A stretch of 64,000 bases of DNA. It comes from an uncultured Coriobacteriia bacterium. GTDB taxonomy: Bacteria > Actinomycetota > Coriobacteriia > Coriobacteriales > QAMH01. Below are positions 57,588 through 64,000 of this stretch, piece after piece (within the stretch, counting starts at the first letter, position 1; each line of letters begins with the position of its first letter). The translations under genes were made by a program, and so were the position numbers. The notes under the pieces were generated by a model. That model had not been told where the DNA came from. It was given only the letters and a program-made list of their open reading frames with translations, and made no database searches. The stretch is from the NCBI GenBank assembly GCA_902475535.1, contig CABRZR010000001.1, positions 92,677 through 156,676 on the forward strand, in the 5' to 3' direction.

Positions 57588-59306
57588 ATGAGCAAACACA
57601 ACGAAACGAAGATGAGCGGTGCGCAGTGCCTTATAAAGGCACTCGAGGACGCCGGCGTCGAATTCGTCTTCGGCTATCCTGGTGGCCATGCGCTCGACAT
57701 CTACGACGCGCTCTACGATAGCGAGAAGCTCAACCACATTCTCGTGCGCCACGAGCAGGGTGCGGTGCATGCCGCCGATGGCTACGCGCGCGCAACCGGC
57801 AGGGCCGGCACCGTCATCGTCACGAGCGGTCCCGGTGCTACCAACACGGTTACGGGCATCGCGACGGCGTACATGGACTCCATCCCGCTCGTCGTCATCA
57901 CCGGTCAGGTTCCCACCGACGCGCTGGGCAGCGATGCGTTCCAGGAGTCGGACATGACGGGCATCACGCTTCCCATCGTGAAGCACAGCTACCTCGTCAA
58001 AGACGCGGCCGATATCCCCGCGACCGTCGCCCAGGCATATCACATCGCCTCGACCGGACGTCCGGGCCCCGTGGTCATCGACATTCCGAGCAACCTCGCG
58101 CGCGAGCTCGACGTTGCGTATAGCTATCCCGCCGAGGTCAAGCTCCAGTCGTACAAGCCCACGTACAAGGGCAATAGCAAGCAGGTGAAGCAGGCGGCGC
58201 GCGCGATCGAGAAGGCGAAGCGCCCCGTCATCTACGCGGGAGGCGGTGTCATCGCCTCGGGAGCGACGGCCGAGCTCACGCAGCTTGCCGAGTCAATGCA
58301 GATTCCCGTCGCGACGACGCTCACCGGCAAGGGGGGCTTTCCCGAGGACAGTCCGCTCAACCTGGGGATGCTGGGAATGTACGGGCTCCCGGCGGCAAAC
58401 GAGGCGATGCACGAGAGCGACCTCGTGCTTGCCGTGGGCACGCGCTTCGCGAACCGCTCGACGGGTGACGCGCAGGGATTCGCGCCGCACGCGCGCGTGA
58501 TACACATCGACATCGATCCCGCCGAAATAGGCAAGAACCACCACGCCGACATCCCCATCGTGGGCGACGTGAAGACAGTGCTTACCGCCCTCGTCGAGGA
58601 GTTGCACAAGAACGACGCGCAGCCGCAGACCTCTGCATGGCTCGAGAGCATCGCGCGATGGAAGCGGGAAAAGCCCCATCGCAACATGCGTGGCGAGGGC
58701 ACGATTCGTCCCGAGCAGGTAATGATGGTCCTGGACGAGCTCGTGAAGGACCGCGACACCATTCTCACCACCGACGTGGGGCAGCACCAGATGTGGGCAA
58801 GCCAGCTCTTCCACACCACGAGGCCACGCACGTTCGTGTCGAGTGGTGGTGCGGGGACGATGGGATTTGGGCTTCCGGCGGCAATGGGCGCTCAGCTCGG
58901 CATGCCCGATAGTCGCGTCATCTGCATCACGGGCGATGGCTCCATCCAGATGAACATTCAGGAGATGGCGACGATTCACGAGAACGGGCTGCCGGTCAAG
59001 GTGCTGCTCCTCGACAACAGTTGCCTGGGAATGGTGCGCCAGATGCAAGAGCAGTTCCACGACAGGCGATACAGCCAGACCCTGTTCACCGGAAATCCCG
59101 ATTTCGTCGCGCTCGCCCGTGCCTACGGATGGAACGCAAGCAAGGTCGAGAGTCCGTCGGAGCTCGAGGCGGCAATGCGGCAGTGGCTTACAAGCGATGG
59201 ACCGGCGCTTCTATGGGTTCCCATTGCGAGTGACGAGGACGTATACCCCAAGGACGCATGCGATGGCTCGGCCAAGGGCGTGTCAGACCTGCGAGACGAG
59301 GAGTAG
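57588..59306 (+). CDS. ilvB: Acetolactate synthase large subunit (biosynthetic)
   Basis: GAQCLIKALEDAGVEFVFGYPGGHALDIYDAL..., the TPP motif GDGSIQMNIQEMAT, and 572 aa. Confidence 0.93.
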   Translation: MSKHNETKMSGAQCLIKALEDAGVEFVFGYPGGHALDIYDALYDSEKLNHILVRHEQGAVHAADGYARATGRAGTVIVTSGPGATNTVTGIATAYMDSIPLVVITGQVPTDALGSDAFQESDMTGITLPIVKHSYLVKDAADIPATVAQAYHIASTGRPGPVVIDIPSNLARELDVAYSYPAEVKLQSYKPTYKGNSKQVKQAARAIEKAKRPVIYAGGGVIASGATAELTQLAESMQIPVATTLTGKGGFPEDSPLNLGMLGMYGLPAANEAMHESDLVLAVGTRFANRSTGDAQGFAPHARVIHIDIDPAEIGKNHHADIPIVGDVKTVLTALVEELHKNDAQPQTSAWLESIARWKREKPHRNMRGEGTIRPEQVMMVLDELVKDRDTILTTDVGQHQMWASQLFHTTRPRTFVSSGGAGTMGFGLPAAMGAQLGMPDSRVICITGDGSIQMNIQEMATIHENGLPVKVLLLDNSCLGMVRQMQEQFHDRRYSQTLFTGNPDFVALARAYGWNASKVESPSELEAAMRQWLTSDGPALLWVPIASDEDVYPKDACDGSAKGVSDLRDEE

Positions 59307-59308
59307 CC

Positions 59309-59782
59309 ATGTCACGCATTCTTTCCGTGTGGGTGGACAACAAACCGGGCGTGCTCGCCCGCATCGCCGGTCTTATCGCGCGCCGTGGTTTCAACATCGA
59401 GTCCCTCGCCGTCAGCATCACCGAAGAGGACGTGCGCAGTCGCGTGACGATGGTGGTCGATGCCGACGAGCGCATCGTCGAGCAGGTGACCAAGCAGCTT
59501 CACAAGCTCATCAACGTGTACAAGGTGACTGACCTCACCGATAAGGACCACATCGAACGCGAGCTTGTGCTCTTCAAGGTGAGCGCCGAGCCCGAGAAGC
59601 GCGGCGAGATCATCGAGCTTGCGGGGCTCTTCGGCGCACGTGTCGATGGTGGCGCGGCCGATTCGCTCATCATCGAGCTTACGGACACCGCCGAAAGGAT
59701 CGAGGCATTCGAGGCGCTCCTCGGCCCCTACGGCATCAGGGAAATGATCCGCACCGGCAAGGTCGCGCTAGCAACCGACTAG
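59309..59782 (+). CDS. ilvN: Acetolactate synthase small (regulatory) subunit
   Basis: The ACT domain is MSRILSVWVDNKPGVLARIAGLIARRGFNIESLAV. It starts 2 nt after the ilvB stop. Confidence 0.9.
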   Translation: MSRILSVWVDNKPGVLARIAGLIARRGFNIESLAVSITEEDVRSRVTMVVDADERIVEQVTKQLHKLINVYKVTDLTDKDHIERELVLFKVSAEPEKRGEIIELAGLFGARVDGGAADSLIIELTDTAERIEAFEALLGPYGIREMIRTGKVALATD

Positions 59783-59790
59783 CCGTCATC

Positions 59791-59848
59791 CCCCCCCCTG
59801 TCATTTCGAGCGGAGCGAAGCGGAGTCGAGAAATCCCCTCCCCTCCCT
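59791..59848. repeat. Family-E element
   Basis: CCCCCCCCTGTCATTTCGAGCGGAGCGAAGCGGAGTCGAGAAATCCCCTCCCCTCCC lies directly after ilvN. Confidence 0.88.
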
Positions 59849-59944
59849 CACATAATCGTCATGTTGCCCAGGGCATGATGCGGCCAAGAAAGGTATCCTT
59901 AAGAGAAGGGGGAACGCCCCTCCCCGCGAGGAAAGGAGCTCGGC

Positions 59945-60151
59945 ATGTGCATTCCCTGCGTCATGTGCGGAGCTTGCATGGGACTGCAAGAGGGCGACCC
60001 TGCCCAGCATGAGCATGTCTGCCCGGAATGCGGCGTTCAAGTTGCAGAATCCGATATCAGCTGTCCCGCCTGCCACACGTTCCTTCCACACAATGCAAGA
60101 GCGCGGGCAATCGCAGCAGCAGGTGACACCGTCGATGCATTCAATCGCTAG
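59945..60151 (+). CDS. Small Cys-rich zinc-ribbon protein (hypothetical)
   Basis: 68 aa. MCIPCVMCGAC...HVCPECGVQVAESDISCPACH. The RBS is AGGAAAGGAG. No homolog is known to me. Confidence 0.45.
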   Translation: MCIPCVMCGACMGLQEGDPAQHEHVCPECGVQVAESDISCPACHTFLPHNARARAIAAAGDTVDAFNR

Positions 60152-60855
60152 TGCTCGCTTGGACCCAAGTGCTTGGCTATCATCAGCTGCAGTGACTCGT
60201 GTATGACGTTCTCGAAGGGGGCAATGTCGTGCATGCTCCTGTTGAAGCCCGTGTCATGGATTCTTGTGATAACACGCGAGATAAAGGACCCGGTGAAGAA
60301 CTCCGCAAGAAAGTCGATAGCGGCGCTTTCCTCCATCTTGCTCTTGATCGTCGGCGCGTCGATTCCTCCGCGCAGCTCAAGCTCACGGTCTATCAGGTAG
60401 AGAACGTCCTCTCTCAGGCAGGGAGTGTAAATCTGATGCAGGTAGCTATCCAAGCTGTCGCCGCCTACGTGTGAAAACACCTGACGGTAGTAGTCGCGGT
60501 GCTTTTCGAGGCTACGTGAGAACACCTCGAAAAACATGGTGTTGTCAATCGTGCCGTTTTGCTGAAAGTGCCTCGCATAGAAGGGTAGACCGGCCAGATG
60601 CTCGTCGTCGCCGGTAGCGTCGAACACAAGCTCGTGTGTAGGAAAGTAGCGCTCGAGCTCGCATGCGATGTCATAGCGAAAGAGCCACCTCACCAGCGCG
60701 CTCTTGTCTTCGAAGTGATAGTAGAAGGTCTTGCGATTCTTGCCTGCCTCCTCAACGATCTGTCCGACCGTAACCTTGTCAGGATGCTGCGCCGTCGCAA
60801 GCTTTACGAATGCCGTGGCAAAGCGTAGCTTGGCTTCATATCTATCCTGCACCAT
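60148..60855 (-). CDS. TetR/AcrR-family transcriptional regulator
   Basis: The N-terminal HTH is FATAFVKLATAQHPDKVTVGQIVEEAGKNRKTFYYHFEDK. The C-terminal helical domain resembles DhaS-type TetR proteins. Confidence 0.85.
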   Translation of the reverse strand: MVQDRYEAKLRFATAFVKLATAQHPDKVTVGQIVEEAGKNRKTFYYHFEDKSALVRWLFRYDIACELERYFPTHELVFDATGDDEHLAGLPFYARHFQQNGTIDNTMFFEVFSRSLEKHRDYYRQVFSHVGGDSLDSYLHQIYTPCLREDVLYLIDRELELRGGIDAPTIKSKMEESAAIDFLAEFFTGSFISRVITRIHDTGFNRSMHDIAPFENVIHESLQLMIAKHLGPSEH

Positions 60856-60995
60856 GACATCCCTCGCTTATCCGCTTGTCGCGTCTTCCTCGTTTTTCGC
60901 AGGCGCACGAAAGCTCCTGCTGCATGCCTGCTGCAGAAGCCTTCGCGCTCGTTACGTTTGTCAACTGGTGGGCCAAACCCTCACCAGACAGAAAC

Positions 60996-61187
60996 TTACT
61001 CTGGTGCTCCCGGTGCCTTCGGCGCTGTGGGGTTGGGAGCAGGCGACGGTGTCGCAGCGGCCGGAGCGGGATCTCCCATTTGTGCACCACATTCGGGGCA
61101 GGTGCCGTCCGGATTAGGCTCGACGACCATATAGCAGCTCCGGCATACGACTTCTCCTGCATCCACTTCAGGTGGTCTGAAACACAT
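60996..61187 (-). CDS. Small zinc-ribbon protein with a Pro/Ala-rich tail (hypothetical)
   Basis: 63 aa. CRSC...CPECG. It has a strong RBS, AGGAGGAAAGAG, and lies downstream of the molybdoenzyme operon. Confidence 0.55.
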   Translation of the reverse strand: MCFRPPEVDAGEVVCRSCYMVVEPNPDGTCPECGAQMGDPAPAAATPSPAPNPTAPKAPGAPE

Positions 61188-61216
61188 GTTTCTCTTTCCT
61201 CCTATCTGAGCAGAAG

Positions 61217-61447
61217 CTACTCGTCATCATCATCCCAGGAGCAGTCCATCATGAGAATGAAGTTTCCCGCGATAGAAGAGAGCTCCTCTAGGCGGAAACT
61301 TTCGATACCCGTCTTGCCAGCTAGTTCGGTGCGGCTATCAGGGTGCTTGGCCACCTCATAGAAGGCTTCCACGGTTTCGATTCCCTCGCCCTTTACGGCT
61401 TCGATTTCCTGGTCGGTGATTCCAAAGAGCTTTGACACATCAGCCAT
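61217..61447 (-). CDS. Small acidic hypothetical protein
   Basis: 76 aa, MADVSKLFGITDQEIEAVKGEGIETVEAFYEVAKHPD...DDDDE. The RBS is GAGAGGAGAA. It starts about 80 nt after the molybdoenzyme gene ends. Confidence 0.5.
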   Translation of the reverse strand: MADVSKLFGITDQEIEAVKGEGIETVEAFYEVAKHPDSRTELAGKTGIESFRLEELSSIAGNFILMMDCSWDDDDE

Positions 61448-61528
61448 CTTGTTCTCCTCTCGCACTCGAGGCTCAAACGCGCGCCGTCCCATGCGAGAGA
61501 CGGCGCGCTTGTTGCTAGCGTCTTGACG

Positions 61529-63766
61529 CTAGTCGATACCGCATTCCTCGGGGGCACATTTGTATACCTTTACGGCAACGCCGGTTTGCTGCCAAGAGCC
61601 CATGAGCTGGTCCAGGCTTTCCGGATCATCATCGAGGATGACATTGGCGCTGGACTTGAACACGCCGCCGAGGTTTGGCAGGGCCATGTCCTGCTCGGGG
61701 AACCACCAGTCGTGCTGGACGCTGATGACCCTTGGGTCGACAATCGAGGTCTTTCGAGCGCGTTGCTTGATGCGGCCCATGTGGGTTTCAATCCAACACC
61801 AGTCACCATCTGCGATATCAAGGTCGATTGCGGTGTCCGGGTGGATATCGAAGATCGGCTCCGGATGCAAATCACGATAGGGGCCGGGTTGCCTGTGCTC
61901 GGAGTGATAGAACGGCATGAAGCGAGCGCCGGTGATGGCGATGAGCGGATATTCATCGCCCCATTCGGGATGCTTTTCGTTGCTCAGGCCGGGGTACTCG
62001 AAGTGAGGCAACGGGTCGAAGGGGCGCCCCGTCTCTTCTGCGAGTTTTTCGATAACCGAAGACTTGAGCTCGACCTTGCCGGAGGGAGTGAGGAACTTGT
62101 AGCCAGGCTCCTTGTACTTGAGGTACTTCTTCTTGCCAGCCATGTACTTCACGTCGTTGTAGAACTGCTCAAACGTCATGCCCATGGGCGCGAGCTGGAA
62201 GTCAAGCATGTCCTCCGTCTTGGGACCCCACCACTTGTCTTCTTGGCCGAGACGAATTGCCAGGCCGTACCAGAATTCGTAGTCGTCACGGAAGTCAACG
62301 TCAGCTCCGCCTTCGAAACGGTCGATGACGCGAGCCTGTGCGCCAAAGTACATGGGACGATGGTTCATGACGGCATAGCAGTTATCGGGTCTCTCGAGCC
62401 AGGTGGCTGCAGGCAGCGCGTAATCCGCAAGCGCGGCGGTCGGGGTCATGAAGTAGTCGTGGACCACGAGCAAATCGAGATTCTTAAGTGCCTCGACTAC
62501 CAGCTTGGTGTTGGAGAACGCCACGACGGGGTTGTCTGCCTGAACGATGAGCGCCTTGATGGGATACGGGTCGCCCGAAATCATCTGGCGGAACATCAGC
62601 GGCGCGTTGGAGTAGGGATAGAACGATGGGTAGGCTTGGGAGATGATGTCCCAGCCCTTGAAGGTCAGGCCGGGGAAGACATCGTTTCCGACCATCTTGT
62701 CGCGCTGCTCCTGAGGCAAGGCGTAGTGCTCGAAGAACGCCGGTGGGAAGCGAGACGGAGGAGCAAGCTGGTCTCCGCCCTTTTTGTCCAGGTTGCCAGT
62801 AATGGCTCGCAGGATGGCCTTGGCCTGGATGGTGGAGGAAGCGTTGATGCCGGAGGCGTCTCCGCCCTTCTGGCCCCAGGGCATGGATGCCGATTCGGCG
62901 GTTGCGTACATGCGTGCCGCCGCGCGTATCTTCTCTTCGGGGACCCAGGTGATTTCGGCAACTTTGTCGACGGGGTATTCGGCGGCGCGCTCCTTGAGCT
63001 CCTCGAAGCCGATGCACCATTCGTCAACGAATTCGTGATCGTAGAGGTCTTCCTCGATAATGACGTTGATCATGCCAAGCGCCAGTGCGGCGTCGGTGCC
63101 GGGGCGCAGCTGCAGGAACAGGTCGGCTTGCTGTGCCACCTCGCTGAAGCGCGGGTCGATGCACAGAATCTTGGCGCCGTTTTTCTCGCGGTTCTTCTGC
63201 ACCCAGTCCCACAGCAGAGGCTCTGAAGCGATGGTGTTGCGACCCCACATGACTACGACGTCGGCATTGACCCAGTCAGCCTTGTCGGAGCAGAAGCCGC
63301 CGTAGGTGCAGGGCTCGAGCCACATGTCGGAGCTGTAGCAGATGGTGCCGTTGCCTCCCGTGTTGGGGGTGCCAAACAGGTTGGTGAACTTGTAGTGTAG
63401 CCAGCTCCAGGTACGGGCCGTGCCCTCCGTGAAGGCCAGGGTCTCAGCACCGTATTTGTCGCGCAGATCGGCGAGCTTCTCTGCGATCTCGTCAAAAGCC
63501 TGGTCCCAGGAAATCTCTTCCCATTGACCGCTGCCGCGTTCGCCTATGCGCTTGAGGGGCTTTTTCAGGCGGTTGGGATTGTAGACGAACCCTTCCAGGT
63601 AGCGCTGCTTGTCCAGGCGCGAGCAGGTAAATCCGTGATTGTGGGGGCAATCCGGATCTCCCTTAATGTCGGTGATGCGGCCATTGACCTTGGTTACCAG
63701 CACGCCGCAGCGGACATGGCAGAAAAAGCAACCGGCTCGCAGGACCTCTACCTTGTCTTCAGCCAT
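61529..63766 (-). CDS. Cytoplasmic bis-MGD molybdo/tungstoenzyme, acetylene-hydratase-like subfamily of the DMSO reductase family
   Basis: The N-terminal FeS motif is CFFCHVRC...C, and there is no twin-arginine signal. Blocks ISWDQAFDEIAEKL, GTDAALALGMINVII, WCIGFEELKERAAEYPVDKVAEIT, FMTPTAALADYALPAATWLERP and TPSGKVEL resemble acetylene hydratase as I remember it. Confidence 0.82.
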   Translation of the reverse strand: MAEDKVEVLRAGCFFCHVRCGVLVTKVNGRITDIKGDPDCPHNHGFTCSRLDKQRYLEGFVYNPNRLKKPLKRIGERGSGQWEEISWDQAFDEIAEKLADLRDKYGAETLAFTEGTARTWSWLHYKFTNLFGTPNTGGNGTICYSSDMWLEPCTYGGFCSDKADWVNADVVVMWGRNTIASEPLLWDWVQKNREKNGAKILCIDPRFSEVAQQADLFLQLRPGTDAALALGMINVIIEEDLYDHEFVDEWCIGFEELKERAAEYPVDKVAEITWVPEEKIRAAARMYATAESASMPWGQKGGDASGINASSTIQAKAILRAITGNLDKKGGDQLAPPSRFPPAFFEHYALPQEQRDKMVGNDVFPGLTFKGWDIISQAYPSFYPYSNAPLMFRQMISGDPYPIKALIVQADNPVVAFSNTKLVVEALKNLDLLVVHDYFMTPTAALADYALPAATWLERPDNCYAVMNHRPMYFGAQARVIDRFEGGADVDFRDDYEFWYGLAIRLGQEDKWWGPKTEDMLDFQLAPMGMTFEQFYNDVKYMAGKKKYLKYKEPGYKFLTPSGKVELKSSVIEKLAEETGRPFDPLPHFEYPGLSNEKHPEWGDEYPLIAITGARFMPFYHSEHRQPGPYRDLHPEPIFDIHPDTAIDLDIADGDWCWIETHMGRIKQRARKTSIVDPRVISVQHDWWFPEQDMALPNLGGVFKSSANVILDDDPESLDQLMGSWQQTGVAVKVYKCAPEECGID

Positions 63767-64000
63767 TTCGATCCTCCTCTTGTCTTCACATTTCTCGTGG
63801 GGCCCCAGTTCTCGCGATACCTACATACTAGGAAGCGTCTGGGGATGCCGCCATGCCCAAAGGAGGGGTCTTGAGCAGTGGATTCGCTCTATTATTCTCT
63901 GAGAAGGATGTATTCGGTTTTCCAGGCGTGAGGACCAGTCTCGGACGAGCTAGTCCGTAACCCCGTCGGCGTTGCGAATCATCTTGCGCTTGATCTTGCC

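Noticed and set aside
63950-64000. A possible 3-prime end of a minus-strand gene running off the window (...GKIKRKMIRNADGVTD-stop).
   Set aside because: Only 16 codons are visible, so no family assignment or frame validation is possible.

Overview
High-GC chromosomal segment whose gene content and synteny look like Actinomycetota, most likely class Coriobacteriia. This is an inference from gyrA followed by tRNA-Ile and tRNA-Ala, from topA-tmk-holB, from hypAB, and from an acetylene-hydratase-like molybdoenzyme. I support about 56 protein genes and 2 tRNAs. Housekeeping genes include gyrA (3-prime end), topA, tmk, holB, a PSP1/RicT protein, pncB, degV, rlmL, hpf, serC, ilvBN, ahcY, mtnA, tatAC and hypAB. 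There is also a Feo iron-uptake set with a DtxR-family regulator, two NhaC-type antiporters, and HigBA, VapBC and DinD modules. Three things stand out. (1) Short palindromic repeats are very dense, with more than 35 copies. Four families share RGACA...TGTCY outer arms, and a fifth, unrelated family of about 50 bp has TGTCATTTCGAGCG...GTCGAGAAATC ends. A RayT-like HUH/Y1 transposase gene is bracketed by inverted pairs of the commonest family, giving a REPtron-like locus at 38.4-39.3 kb. Repeat termini supply stop codons for several genes, extend tmk, and sit in frame inside rlmL and comF. (2) An accessory block at about 13.9-26.4 kb holds two paralogous pairs of a small 2-TM protein with a zinc-ribbon transmembrane protein, and a tandem duplication of a Ser/Thr kinase paired with an atypical FHA protein. 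Its four transcription units are each preceded by a TTGTTG(CG/YR)CAACA palindrome not seen elsewhere in the window. This block is my best candidate for an undescribed signalling system. (3) Several single loci deserve a second look. These are a DltA-like ligase / PLP decarboxylase / carrier-protein trio, a 944-aa surface protein with about 11 Cys3-His mini-repeats, and a cytoplasmic acetylene-hydratase-like Mo/W enzyme with His where the catalytic Asp would be. They also include an HIBADH-fold protein lacking catalytic residues, FeoB with an acidic loop of about 170 aa, and a topo-III/archaeal-like active-site motif in the syntenic topA. All calls come from reading the sequence and ORF translations; no database search was run.
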